A stretch of DNA of 64,000 nt from Ramazzottius varieornatus (GCA_001949185.1 BDGG01000004.1:459620-523619), one strand, 5' to 3'. Counted from the first letter of the stretch, positions 33,884-49,118 are shown. Numbers and translations are program-made. The notes: generated by a model not told the origin, from the sequence alone.

Positions 33884-36800
33884 ATGGCGAAAGCTAAGCA
33901 GCAGCGCGGACAAGGTAACCAGAAGGAAAACGCAGCGAAGCCGGAGCGAGCATTAACTGCGCTGGTGAACGGATCGGCCACCTCGAACGATGCCCATCTC
34001 GAAGCTCCTAAACGGCGATGGGACAACGGCAAGTCGGCTTCTGCACCCCGGAAGGAATCCCCGCATGCATTGAAGAAATTGTCCAAGAAGAAAAGCTCGT
34101 CGGCATTCCGTGCGAGCATTGCTGCCGTTTGTGTGGGGATCTTATCCGTCGGAGCATACTACCTCTTTGCGCATCTTGAAGAGCAGAAGATCCTGTCGCC
34201 ATTTGCCGGTCCGCTGATCCCCTACGATCGCAGCTACAAGAATTCTCTCCTGTGGGGCACCTACCGTTCGGGATTGTATTTTGGCGTGCGGAGTCGGACA
34301 CCCGACTCGTTGGAAATGGGGCTGATGTGGTTTCCATACAGCGGGGGCAAGCTTAACATTCGCCATCTGTGTGACCAGAACGACAGACTGCGCTATGGAT
34401 GGCTGGATCATGATGGCAGAAGCTTTGGCTACCAAGAAATCCTCGACGACTTTGCGAATATCTCCACATCCTTCGTCAAAAGATTCAGGTAAGTGCGCGA
34501 TGTTAATTAGCCTGACTTTGATTCGAATTAAAATGGTTTAAACTTGGTCCTACGCTTGATTCTTGAAAGGCCGATTCGGCTCTTTCAGGCGATATGAGGC
34601 AATGTGATTGAAATGGCTCATGACGTCATAAGTGATAGTGGTGGGCACTTGAAATTTTGCTGTCCTTGTGACGTTATGGGCTCGAGTTGCTGATTCCTCA
34701 TTTTGTGCGTTTCTGTGCTTGCAGTGAACAAACCAACGACTGGGTCGCTCGGATTTCTCTCCAACAGAACATGCAACACCGCTGGTCGTCGAAGCCTGCC
34801 GACTTCCGTTCAAAGATGGGCATCTTCGTGTACTTCAAGCTGGAGGATGCCGGAAAGATTTCGCCCATGGTCTCTAGCGACGAGCTAGTCGGCATAGAAG
34901 GCTCCACGCCTTCCCTGGGTAACTTCAAGATTCACTTCAAGCGTCACTCCGAAACAGACGTCAGCAGTCTGTTCGGCGGAGAAACTAGCAGCTTCGTCGC
35001 AACGACCTTCACCAAATGGACCGAGCTGAAAGAAACCATTCTATCCAGTGGGGCGATGCTCGAAAACAACATTGGTTTCAAGCTAGGCGGGATAGTCAGC
35101 CAGACTCCGAACTTTATTGTCCTCGAACTGGGTGTCTTTCCAAAGTTCACGCTGGATATCGTCTACGAACCTTTGAAGCCCGAAAGTGGACAAAGCAATA
35201 GCTTAGGTCCGATATCCTCTTCCTCCTTGACTGAGCTCATTCTGAATAAACGTAGGCAGTTCAACGAAAGGTTTAGGGAGGTGTTTAGAGTGAGGAACGA
35301 GGAACATAGAGAGTTCGCTCAAGCGGTGTTCAGCAACCTGATTGGAGGGATAGGGTATTTCTACGGGGAGTCTTTGGTAGCGTCAAAGTGGTCTTCGACC
35401 CCGGTCAAATCTTGGAAAGCGGGACTCTACACTGCGGTGCCATCGAGGAGTTTCTTCCCGAGAGGGTTCTTGTGGGATGAAGGATTCCACCAGTTGGCTA
35501 TCAGCAAGTGGGACGTGGGATTGACGAGAGAGATCATGACGTCGTGGTTGAATTTGATGAACTCTAAAGGATGGATTGCCCGTGAACAGGTAAAGGGATC
35601 TACTGCAATCAGTATCGCACTCCCGAACGTCAAGAAGAAACGAAGAAAAAAAATAAAAATGCATGGCATACTCTACGAAAGTGCAAAATTGTGTTAAAGT
35701 TGGGAAAACTAAAAATGTTATGTTCTTATGAAGTAAGCTAAGTAAACGACCGACATCGTTTTTCTGTAATTTTTAGATTTTGGGTGAGGAAGCACGCAGT
35801 CGAGTACCGGAAGAGTTCGTCGTGCAGAACCCCGAGTACGCCAACCCGCCATCTCTACTCCTCACCGTCGAAGCCATGCTGGATAGTTTGGATCCTGATC
35901 ACCCCGACGAGATCGACAAGACGCTGAAATTCTTTGAGTTTGCCTTCCCGCGACTCCAAGCCTGGTACAACTGGTTCAACACCACGCAGACTGGGTCTCG
36001 ACCAGGAAGTTACCGTTGGCGTGGCCGTAATGAAACGACGGACAGAGAGCTCAACCCAAAGACTCTGACTTCCGGCTTGGACGACTATCCGAGAGCGTCG
36101 CATCCAAGTAATGACGAAAGACACGTCGACCTATACTGCTGGATGGCTTACGCGTCGGGGGTTCTGGCTCGAGTCGCCGAAGAAGTCGGCGAAAACCCGA
36201 CAGCTTACCGGAAGTAAGTATATCACTTTACTTAACTCTCGATCCAAAGCTGTTTCTTGTTCTAAGACATGTTCGTTTTTCCATTGTAGCGCAGAGCTTT
36301 ACTTGAAAGACAACGCTCTTCTGGACGAACTACACTGGTCAGAGAAGTACGGCATCTACGCCGACTACGGCAGACATACCGACACGGCTCGGCTGCAGCG
36401 GCAACAGCCCAGTCGACCACTTCCGCCTGGCCAGTCGGTGTCCCATCTCCCGATGGTTCGCGTCTTTGACACGGAACCCAGACTGACTCACGTCGACGCT
36501 TTCGGTTACGTTAGTCTCTTTCCGTTAATGCTACGGATCGTGGAGCCGTCTTCGCCAAAACTTAGCTTGATCCTCGACGGACTCCGCGACCCGAAGCGAC
36601 TCTGGACAGACTACGGTGTCCGGTCGCTGTCGTTGGACAATCCAATCCACGCAGCGCGGAACACGGAACATGATCCACCGTATTGGCGAGGTAAGTGGAT
36701 GGTTCGAACAAGGTTGGAAACTGGACAACCGAACTGGACAAGATCGCTGTCCGAAGTAGCGCACGCTTACAGCCAGTAATACTAAGAGGGTGCGCCGCTC

Positions 36801-37196
36801 AGAAAGTCGACTGGAGCGTTTTCCCAAGTGGTGCACGCTTTCAAACTACATAGGTATTACACCGTGCTTCATTAGGGAAAACATCTTTGTCGAATTCGTC
36901 AGCCAGCTCTCAGTTTCAAGGTTGAAAGTACTCTTTTTCCAGGTGCCGTTTGGATCAACATGAACTACCTCATACTGAAAGCTCTGACGTTCTACGGTAG
37001 AGCTCCAGGACCATATCAGGACAAGTCGATAAAGATTGCTCAAGAACTAAAGCATAATTTAGTGACGAATATGTATAGACAGTGGCGTAAAACGGGTCAT
37101 GTTTTTGAACAGTATGTTGACGGAGAAGGTAAAGGATCCCATCCGTTTACTGGGTGGTCCAGTCTTATCGTTTTAATCCTGTCGGACTTTTATTAG
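33884..37196 (+). CDS. MOGS: Mannosyl-oligosaccharide glucosidase (ER glucosidase I, GH63)
   Basis: Type II TM segment, then LWGTYRSGLYFG, IRHLCDQ, LYTAVPSRSFFPRGFLWDEGFHQL, GWIAREQILGEEARSRVP, TLTSGLDDYPRA, PPYWRGAVWINMNYL and HPFTGWSSL. Exons approximately 33884-34488, 34724-35589, 35777-36213, 36290-36690, 36943-37196. Confidence 0.96.
36710..36917. mobile_element. MITE-like family A copy with two modules, last MOGS intron
   Basis: gaagtagcgcac..gtgcgccgctcag and cccaagtggtgcacg..cgtgcttcattaggg; ends ctctcagttt. Confidence 0.55.
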
Positions 37197-37716
37197 TGTT
37201 ACAGAAACATAGCATAGTTTAAGTGTTCGCCCTCCTTTGGTCTGTTTCTACTAATTTATTCGTAGCACGTGCTTGGCGGCGTTGATAGTACGAGTGCGAA
37301 GTTGAAGTTCCCAGATCTCGGTACCCAATGGTCAGGCGTTGTTCGTATAAGGACCTTCTGACTCACGCGACCGGAAGTCAAACCTTCAGTTTCACTCCGC
37401 TCTTCTGCCCCGAGTTTCTCGGTGTCTCTGCGAGGAAACTTGGGATAATCTAAGACAAACAATTCGGGACTTCAATGCCATTCTTCGCAGGTTCATAGAC
37501 ACCTTTGTGGAATGGAAGTCAGACCAGTCAGATTACGGCTCACGACGACGAGAAGAACTTTTGTTGGTTGATTGCTTCCGGTTGTTGATTGGAATGTACT
37601 GATTTCATGTTTTGGTTTTCTTGAAAGTTGAAGCTGTCTTAATCGCTGTGCTGTTCAGTCTTCTTTGCAGTCTTCGGCGTTTTCTCGATCCTCTAGGTCC
37701 TCCCCCAAGCCCCACC

Positions 37717-38231
37717 ATGACTATTCCATCTGAAAGCGTTCGAGAGAGGAAAGGCATCCGCGCGGAAGACGTGACGAAATCGGACACAACGGCAGCTACG
37801 ATGTAAGTATTCACTGTAATGCATACATTGGTCATGGAATGAAGTCATCTGAGTTTTCCCGTCTTTCCTAGCGGAGTGACCGCGAGCCCCTATGTGACTG
37901 GAGCCAAGACCCTTATATTCTACACATTCCTTCTTATCGCTGTCCCTGTGATCGCATACTATGTCGGAAAAGGCTACGTGTTAGAAGGTAATCCCCTGAT
38001 TCCACTACCATTCAATTTCACTTCAACCACTCCACCAGTTTCTTGAAACGATCCGTTCATGACGGTTCATCCTCCCTCGTAGATTTGCTGGGATACTCGA
38101 AGCAGCAAAGTTTTATCTACTGGGCGATCCTGTCGGTCATAGGGATACATGGCGTTCTCGGCCTGATGATCGTCAAGGCTTTTCGTGAAGAAGTGGTAAT
38201 TCCAGCTCGCGTCCCAACGAAGCAAGATTAA
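37717..38231 (+). CDS. VMA21: Vacuolar ATPase assembly factor VMA21
   Basis: Three exons giving KTLIFYTFLLIAVPVIAYYVGKGYVLED-LLGYSKQQSFIYWAILSVIGIHGVLGLMIVKAFREE...KQD*. Two TM segments and the C-terminal KQD of animal VMA21. Confidence 0.85.
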
Positions 38232-38825
38232 TGACAACAGGATGTACTAATATCTGAGCGCGATCTCTCGGGCATTGAGCATCCTTTGCCCAAGTTTTAA
38301 TCTTTCTGTACACGGTAGGTTTTCTTCTTAGCTTCTATTCTTCCTTTATGTTTTATTACTGGTACTACCTTTTCTTTGAATTTTGGTGCGATGCACGTTT
38401 ATGAATATGGACAGTCAACGCAAATAGGCCGTAACTGGAAGTCGAAAGGGTTCTTCATTATCCAAATCTTTATTTACCGAGTTTCGATAAGGTCGAAATG
38501 GTCGTTTAACCAAACATCATTCGACCCTAACTTGATACAAACACGGAAGTGCACGATAGCAAAAGAAACGCGAAAACCAAGGTTTCGATCCTTGTTTACC
38601 ATTGTTACAAATGTTGCTTCCATATCTACAGTAAACACAAAAGGAGCGCCACCAGGATGACTTATTGCCCGGTATCTTATCGCTCAGTACAGAGATCCCA
38701 AGAGGCCACGACCGCCTCGATGTCCGGTCATTCTCGACCAAGGATAAACCAGGCAAATGCTGCAAGCAAATCTTACTCCTGCAGCTTTCTTGACCGTCCC
38801 CGGTCTTCGTTCACTAATATTTAAC

Positions 38826-41800
38826 ATGTTCCGGCTTGAAGACTTGCTCCTGATGGGAGTGGTGTGGCTCCACTTGGCTCTCGACGGACTCGCTCAACTT
38901 GGCGTTACGGTAAGCACTGTGTGCTCCTGTCCCGTACACCAAAACAACGACGTGGCTTGTGCTACCTTGGTAGATTTATCTTTTCCGTTAATTAAACTCT
39001 ATTGATTTTTTGTCTTTTCAGCAACCTCCCGGAACATACACACTCCCATACAAACCAGAAGTACCTTCGAAGTTCTGTCCGTTCGGGCAGGAGCTCGACC
39101 ACTTGTTGCCTCGCAGTTCGTCTGGCGAGTTCGTAAGCATGGACTTGTCCCGCAAATTTCCCTTCTTCGACATACCCTACCAGACTCTGTTCGTAAGTCC
39201 GAATTATCTTTTCAGGAGCCATTATACGGTATTAGCACATAACGTTACGTATAATTATGCGTAAGACCTGTCGCCGACAGAACGCCATATTCACCTTTCA
39301 ATCTGAATTTTTCTTAGCCCAGCAAAAGCGTGCGGGACATATACCTTAAACTTCTGTTTTTTCAGCCGAACACTAATGGAGCAATCACATTCGATAGAGG
39401 AAATGCCCTTGTGAGTATGACACTGGAGCTGATTTTGGAGGGGGAATCGATCGCGAAAAACTAATTCTAGGATTGACTTAAATTTTGCACTAGGTCCCTT
39501 CAAACTTTACCGCCAGTCTGGACTTTAAAATTATAGCCGCATACTGGGGACACATGACGGCAGACTGTCGCGACAGTCAGGGGCAGCGATCTCGCGGTGA
39601 CATTTTCGTGCGTGAAACGGAAGAGCCAGCAACTCTGCAAAATATTTCCTTGCTAATTAGGGATGAGTATATTTCCTTCTCATCTGCGCCCTCATATCAG
39701 TCATATGTCGAAGATTGCAGAATGTTTCTAGGGCAAACATGCCTGGCGAGCAGCGCTTCACGTCCAGATGGGCTCTTGTTTTTACTGTCTACCAAACTCG
39801 TATGCCTGTGGATTTTCGGTGGGCTTGTCCAAATCCAGTAAGTAAACGACAATAATGAACTTGGTAAAGCATCAGGACGTGACAGTGGAAGGATTGACTG
39901 TGGAAAAGCATATAACCTTAAGACTAAAACCGGTAACATTTTTTAGTGGACCACATATCAAACCATCCTCACGACAGACGGCGTCAAGTCTTTCGCAATC
40001 TTTCTCTACCATGAGATGGGTGCCTCAAATAATTTCTGTGATCATGCACCCGCAGGTACTAATTTTTTTATGCGCAATTGTGCATCAATGTGATGGACAT
40101 TGGTTTAAGCAACGAAATAGGATACGACTGCCAATGCTAATGGTATGGTATGTCTGCGAATAGGTGGAGTAAATGCCGGTGACGGAAAACGCAGTTTAAT
40201 GTTGCCAATGTCCAGTACCGGACGCTACGGAAACTTCTCTGAAACTTTGTTGGCGGACTCGAATGTCGGAATGCCCGGCACCTGGATGTTTCGTGTCGAC
40301 CAAGAGAACATTCCAACGACAGCATGTACCGAGGACGGTAAGTGCGCGCCGTGAACCGTGGTGGCAGAATAGTGAAACACACGAGCTCATAAGTACTGCC
40401 GAGTTTCTCACTTCGTCGGGAGATGGGATGCCATGAAAATTTAGTTCAGAATTACGTGGGTATCAGATCAACTGATTGGTTTGGACTAGAGGTTGTGCCA
40501 GTATCCCCACTCAAAAATGGGCGGTGGTTGTGAGCGTTAGGTTTCGTGCAAGATGTAAATATACAGCTGACTGCAATCAATTGTTTAGCTGATTAATATC
40601 ATGGTATTTTCAGTGGGATAACCGAACTCACTACGATGCCCATTTTTTTGGTGACTTTGTAGTGGCACACTCTGTACAAAGCTCTGTAGCGAAAGCCTGC
40701 ATGGAAGTATAGTGTACAGCTCGCCGTTTCGTCTGGAGCTGCTCGTACCGTGGCAGCCGCTGCACGAAACCGGTGGCTTTTTGCGTGACCTTGCAGCATC
40801 AGAGCGAAGCGTATTTACGACCCATGAGCCACGGCCTGATGATTCGGGCAGCTCCGGATTCTGTTCACCATATTTTCTCCTTTGCAGGCTCCAATCTTCA
40901 GATTTATCCGAGGTTTGGGTCTCTGCTGGGAGGAACCAAAGTGTCGGTGTCTGGGATATGTGTCAGTAAAGAAAGTCATCCGAACGTCACGTGTCTCATC
41001 GGAGAGACCTCTGTGAGTGCAAACGTCACAAACGACAACGAGTTTTTTTGCGTTACTCCAATCGGGACGCTCCTGGGTGCAGCACGATTTGCAATTGCCC
41101 GTGATGGCGTCAACTTCCAGTATGAGACAAATTTCACTTATGGTAAGCGTTAATCGTGCTTGGGAGCAAAGTTATTTAAATCAAGGTGATGCAATTCAAA
41201 GTATCAATATTTCCCCCTAGATTATATAACGACAGACGTGATCCTTCATAACGAAGACCAACTGAATAACGGGTCGGCCACCACATTCGATATAAGCTGG
41301 GACCAATCATTCCTTGGACCGGATGAGAATGTCACAGTTCAAATCGTTATTTGGTACACGAATCCCCCTCTCAACTGTACGGATCCAATGGATTTCGTGC
41401 CGGTATGGGCGATACAGGACGATCCCGAAATGGTGGTGGTGTCTATTGCCACAGCACGTAACGACGACGGTCGCGTACAAGTACCTAGTTCAAAAGTCGT
41501 CAGCGAGGCACTCCCACCAAACTCCGTTCCCGTATCGGGCTTTCTTCGAGTGGTGGGAACCAACGACGCCAACAGCGCAGCAGAGCAAGACGGTAACCTT
41601 GTGAGCCCTTCTCAAATGTCGGCAGTGAAGTTTCTAGGACAGATTTGGGTAAATGACATGGTATCCGAAAGAGCGCCACAGTCGTTCCTCCAGAAGGTCA
41701 AAGCTCGAGTGACCAATGCTGTAAAGCGAGGTTGGGAAAGTTTCAAGAGGGCAGCGCCGTGCTTGGTACAGATGACATCTGCTCCAGCATGGGAAGCCAT

Positions 41801-44261
41801 GGGAGAGCAGATCCATCAAAATGTCCAGCAACAGGGACGATCTTCAGCTCGACTAGCTCCACTTGCCGCTCGAGCAGCCATAAAAGCAGGATGTAAAGTC
41901 TACTCAAAGTTTGCAAAATACGAAGGCTATGCTAACAAGTTAATGGAAGCCGTCCGATGTTTTACTGACAGTCGTGGACGCAGTCAGAACGACCTTGTGA
42001 TCAGGCGGGAAACTGCTCCTTGCCCCGCTACGTTGGCGCAAGCTCTGCGTGATAGTGGTCGGTATTCTACTGTGAGAGAATGCCGAATGGGAAGCACCGA
42101 TCCTTCCAACTGCATATGGAACAAAGGGGCGACCCACTGCGTCTTAACGCCGATGACCACACAGGGTATTTCGTCGCAGTGTTGTTACAGCAGTGCTGGG
42201 AACCTGATGGACAACTCCAATCCCAATTTACCTGGTGGCCAACTCCAGTACTTACCATTTGGCATTCAACAAACTGAGAGCTCACCCACTCGAATGATCG
42301 ACTTTGGCAATTACAAAGATTCCCTTTTTGCCAAGCTGTATAACGGAGCCACGCTTGCTGCTACATCAATATGCTGTGTCGGTGCTGGTGACCTTAATAT
42401 GTGTAAAGACCTTCTTGACCACTTCAAACCAAAAGGATCGAACGGTTACGTACCGCCCAGGCCAGGTAAGTATTACAGTGCAGTAAACGCTTCTCACAGC
42501 ATATTACACGTCACACAATAGTAGTCGTTTAGCTCTTCGAACAGCGAGAATTGACACTGTGAGATAATCAAGTTACCCGTTTTTTACAGCTGTGACAAGC
42601 GGTGACCCTCATATCACGACATTTGACAACTGTGAGTACACGTTCAACGGGCTTGGAGAATATTCCGTTGTTTCCACCTCTGATATTATGCACGTTCAGG
42701 GAAGAACCAAGAAGACCGGTAAGTTCACCCTCATCTGTGGAAGTGCTGGTAAATCATGTCATTTTTGTCGCAATAGTCGTACACGTATACTTCCCTTGTA
42801 TATAGATGACGGACGAGCGACGGTGTGGCAAGCTGTCGCCCTGAAAGGATATGGCAGAACAACTGTCCATATCCAGTATAACGAGCTGTCTGGTTTGGAT
42901 CTGTTCGTAAACAATGCCCGAGTCGATCTCTCGGAGGCAGCGAGTACTTTGAGATACCCGGGTAAGAAATACGCTGAACCAAAATACACAGTCTTTTGAT
43001 GGACCAGAAATTACAACGCGCTTGACCGGTAGATTTGATCATCCAACACACGAGCAATGCTTCCGCAGTACAAGTGGTTTTGAATAACGGAGCGGCGGTA
43101 GAAGTCAAAAGATTGACGAAACATTTGGATCTTACAATTTATCTTCCTGACTCGGCTAAGGGTAATAATGTTGCTATACCTTCCACGCCTGAATTTTTCC
43201 ACAGTCAACTGGATCTTTACTATGACATTTTTGATAGGTCTTGCGCGTGGTCTGTTCGGCTCCTGGCACGGTAATGGAAGCAAAGACCTGTACTCTCCTG
43301 CGGATCGTGTTTACCGGTGTGATAGCAGCCCAGAAGCTCTGTTTGAATTCGGGAACCAATGTACGTGGGCACAAAACTGGCCAAAGGTTATCTGTGGTTG
43401 AACTGAACAACGAATTTAGTTTATGTTCAAACAGGGCGCGTCAGCAAAGCGCAATCACTCTTTACATATCGTCGTGGAGAATCCTACGAGCAGTTTAACG
43501 ATCTTCACTACAGACCGGCTTTCGAACCAGTTCCCATGAATGCAACGGTAGAACAGGAAGCCAAAGAGCTTTGTGGAACCTCCAAGCAGTGCTTTTTCGA
43601 TTACGTTGTGACCGGTGACCGAGAACTTTCTGCTGATACCGCTCAAGCTTTCCACGAGTTTGATCAGATTTTGCTGGACACTGCCCCAGGTAAGGTTGCG
43701 GCATTTCAATATCAGATCATTGAAACCATCATGATCAAGTTCCAAAAATCGAAACTCAAGCATATGCGCAAAAAGCTCGACTTTCGTAACTTACGAAGAC
43801 TAATCCAGTTTGTCATTCCAGTTGTTTCCTGTGGTTTCGGTAGACCAGGGGAAAACGCGATGATCGTCACCGAAGACAACTCATATCTTGAGGGGGATAT
43901 CGTCAAGTTTCGTTGTACCGAAAACAGCATTAAACAGTCCGGGGAAGAAGCTATCATATGCCAGTCTGACGGAACATGGAGTGGAGCCGCCCTAGTCTGC
44001 CGGGCGCTGGCTTCCTGTGGGCCCAAGGACGCTGGACAGAACGCGGTGATCGTGTCGCAGAACAACAACTTCCTGGAAGGCGACACTCTGAAATTCCAAT
44101 GCACCGGTGGTACGAGAAGGAAATCCGGACAGGAGGAAATCGAATGCTTGTCTGATGGGACATGGAGCGGCGATGCTCTGACGTGCTCGGCATGCCGCTT
44201 ATTTGCCTATCTTTACATTTGGGTCATGCTGTACTTTGTTGTGCGACGAACCTACGACTAA
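38826..44261 (+). CDS. SUSD2/Mesh-like extracellular protein: signal, NIDO, IPT/TIG, AMOP, VWD (GDPH), two Sushi/CCP, C-terminal hydrophobic anchor
   Basis: NIDO motifs FPFFDIPYQTLF|PNTNGAITF, IIAAYWG, GDIFVRET and SNVGMPGTWMFRVD. IPT motif PRFGSLLGGTKVSVSG. AMOP motifs PCPATLAQALRDSGRY, KGATHCV and QCCYSSAGNL. VWD start SGDPHITTFD. Two CCP repeats ending C.SDGTWSG...C. Start codon uncertain. Confidence 0.88.
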
Positions 44262-44724
44262 AGCGACGTTTTAAATTCCCTGCTGTGCCAATGAAGGTTC
44301 CGGAATTAGTCGACGCACAAAACTAGCTCCAGATGAGCGTTCAACCGTCTGCCTTTCGTTCTGTCCATAAACATCATTGCTTGTAGTGTAGTAAAAAAAG
44401 GGAGTGAAAAGTGAAAATCGAAGTACGTGACTGGTGTTGGTTAGATATGCAGCGCAGAAGAAGGAGCCAAGGATGAATGACAATTTTAAATAATGGTTAT
44501 CATATTTCGAGCGAGGTGTAACGAAAGATGAAGAGAGCACCATCCATGCTTGCGCTCCGACGGAAGAGAAAAAAACAGGAATAACATTTGGATATGCTCA
44601 ATCTGCTGTGGTTAGACGTTCACAAAATACAAAGAAAAAGCGTCGAGCAGGTACCAGCAGCGGTTAAATAAAAACCTTGACAAGACGAGATGAATCGAAG
44701 TGTATAAGAGTAGGAGTTCATTTT

Positions 44725-46479
<1,755 letters not shown>

Positions 46480-47301
46480 CTTGCCGGCGATTCCTGAATG
46501 TCAACCTAAAGAGACGTATATATACGCTTGTCCGACAGTCGAGTGAGGAACGCGCGATAACAGGATAACTACGAAGTAATCTTATCAAGCGGTGAGTCAC
46601 TTTGGTATGGTGGCCAAGACTTACCCCAGTATCGCGCTGGAAGGTCTTCTGGATCACGATGAAGAAGCTCGTATCCACCTAGATCCTGGCTGTCCACAGG
46701 GAACGGAACAACGGAGCAAAACAAGCTCAGCCTGTCAGAGGTATTATGGTGAGGAAGATTGAGATTTGAGAACGATCAACGATGTCGCTCACCGTATTTG
46801 AAACGAGCTCCTTCGTGCTTCTCTGCCTTTCAGCCTAATTAACTCGAAACAGTGCCTTGACGTCACGACACCCGGTGTAATTGGAGCTTGAAACGTTCGG
46901 TTTCAATTCAGGGCACGTCATGTGTATCGATTGGATTTGTTGATCCCCTGATGGGCTTCTGCACGGGCCCAGTGGCCCAGCGGAATTTTACCACGCCGGC
47001 GCACCACAGCTCATGCAGTATGCTTGTTGGCAAGTCTCAACGAATGGCCTGGCTCGAAGCCGCCCAGGGCAGGGGAAAGCTGCCCCTCTCTTCGGTCAAG
47101 AAATCGATAGGGAAAAGTCCCCGGGTTTCGTCGGCCTACCAATACGAGGATTAACTGTAACAGAGGACGCTGTGGCTGTGAGATCGGCTTTCGTTCCGGT
47201 TTTTCGACGTAGCTCCCTCTGCCATCCGGACTCAAGTGCAAGCAGTAAATAATATCCCCAGTGCAAAGACCAGCCGAGTGAGATATCCGTGCTCCGATAA
47301 A

Positions 47302-47309
47302 TCTCTTTC
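47302..47309 (+). promoter_or_regulatory. Candidate TCT/5'TOP polypyrimidine initiator of RACK1
   Basis: TCTCTTTC about 130 nt upstream of the ATG, as expected for a ribosomal-protein-class gene. A second candidate (CTCTTT) is at about 47359. No TSS data. Confidence 0.35.
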
Positions 47310-47433
47310 GCAAAAGCCGAAAAGAACCTTTCACAAAGTCCGTCTTTGCACCTATTAGCTCTTTGCTCTATCGACTTTCATCGTTCCTGCGTGGTAGTTT
47401 TGGGTTCTGCAAGGATAAACCTCTTCATCCAAG

Positions 47434-49118
47434 ATGCCGGAAGGAAAAGTGACCGAACAGCTGACGAAAAAGGGAGAGTTACACGGCCACAGCGGCTGGG
47501 TAACTCAGATCACCACCAGCCAGCAGTATCCCGACATGCTCTTGTCCGCTTCTCGCGGTAAGTTCCTTGGCTTGAACAAGAGTGAGGCAGGCTTTTGAGA
47601 ATGGTTCGTTTGCAGATAAAAGTCTGATTATGTGGAAGATCAACCGTGAGGAACGCGAAAGTCAAGCTTACGGATATCCCCAAAAGTCTCTTCACGGCCA
47701 TGGACACTTTGTCAGCGATGTTGTCCTGTCTTCTGATGGTTTGTACGCTCTGTCCGGCTCGTGGGATACCACTCTTCGTCTGTGGGATCTCACGGCGTAA
47801 GTCCGAATATTCTCGCGAACGAAATCTTCAGAGTTGCCGGATTTCTGGTCGATATCTTTTTCCGTTTTGTGGTTGCTTGATTACTTGATTGCTACTGTTT
47901 TCTAGAGGCAAAACGACTCGTCGCTTCATCGGCCACAAGAAAGATGTCCTGAGCGTCGCTTTCTCCGCCGACAACCGACAGATCATTAGTGGTTCTCGCG
48001 ACCGAACTATCAAGCTTTGGAACACGTTAGCTGACTGCAAGTACACTATCGTGGAGGATTGCCACAACGACTGGGTCAGCTGTGTCCGATTCAGCCCATC
48101 CAGCACCAACCCGCTGATCGTCTCGGCTGGCTGGGATAAACTAGTTAAAGTGCGTTCTTCCTGTCTCTAAAGTCTTCGGGAGCTCTCACTAATGGTTTCT
48201 GTGTGTGCAGGTCTGGAATTTGGCCAATTGCAAGTTGAAGACCAATCACTACGGCCACACTGGACATTTGAACACCGTTACCGTTTCTCCTGATGGCTCC
48301 TTATGTGCGTCCGGCGGAAAGGTAGGAATCAGCTTTGTTCAACCTGTCAGTCAAGTTTTTCTTTCAGTCATTCTACTGGACAGCCTTTTGTTGGGTGACG
48401 TCAAGCATCTCTTTTCATCCAGTCCTTGTGTAACCAGCTCAGTACTGCCCGTGGAAGTTCTGTGGATGTTTGGTTGATGGAAAGTCGAAGGAAGGTTTCT
48501 GGAGCGATTTCTCCTAAATCGCGCGTTTATGTTTGCAGGACGGTCAAGCCATGTTGTGGGATTTGAACGAAGGCAAGCATCTGTACACGTTGGACGCCCA
48601 GGATAACATCAGCTCGTTGGTCTTCAGCCCCAACCGATACTGGCTGTGCGCTGCTGCCGGACCTTCCATCAAGATTTGGGTACGTCTTTCTAGCTTCGCA
48701 GCGTTTTCTGTTCTCATAAACAAGTTTGAAGACTAAAAGTCTGGTTGGAAAACGAAACGTAGAAGCTCGTTATATCAAGTGGCGCCTGTTTCCATTGTTA
48801 TTGTCTGGTAATGTGCGCCACTGGAGATGACGCTCTTGAACGATTCAGTTTCCTCTGCCTGGATCGTCGAAGCTTTCGCCTGCGGCGGGGTTTAAGCTTC
48901 GTTTCTTGTAGGATCTGGAAGGCAAGACAGTGGTGGACACTCTTCGGGATGAAGTTATCCAAGGCGATGCCGGCAAGGGTGGACCCAGACTGAAGGAGCC
49001 TCCGCCACCCCAGTGCCTGTCTCTGGCTTGGTCTGCTGACGGTCAGACTCTCTTTGCTGGTTATTCTGACAATAAGATTCGTGTATGGCAAGTTGGTGCA
49101 TACAGTAGCCGCGACTAA
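47434..49118 (+). CDS. RACK1: Receptor for activated C kinase 1 (ribosomal WD40 scaffold)
   Basis: [104 protein letters not shown]. Six coding exons. Confidence 0.98.
48743..48853. mobile_element. MITE-like family A copy, last RACK1 intron
   Basis: tcgttatatcaagtggcgcc...gtgcgccactggaga. Confidence 0.55.

Noticed and set aside
39193-40160. Apparent disruption (pseudogenisation) of the NIDO domain
   Set aside because: The domain can largely be rebuilt from small GT-AG exons (PNTNGAITF, IIAAYWG, FTSRWALVFT).
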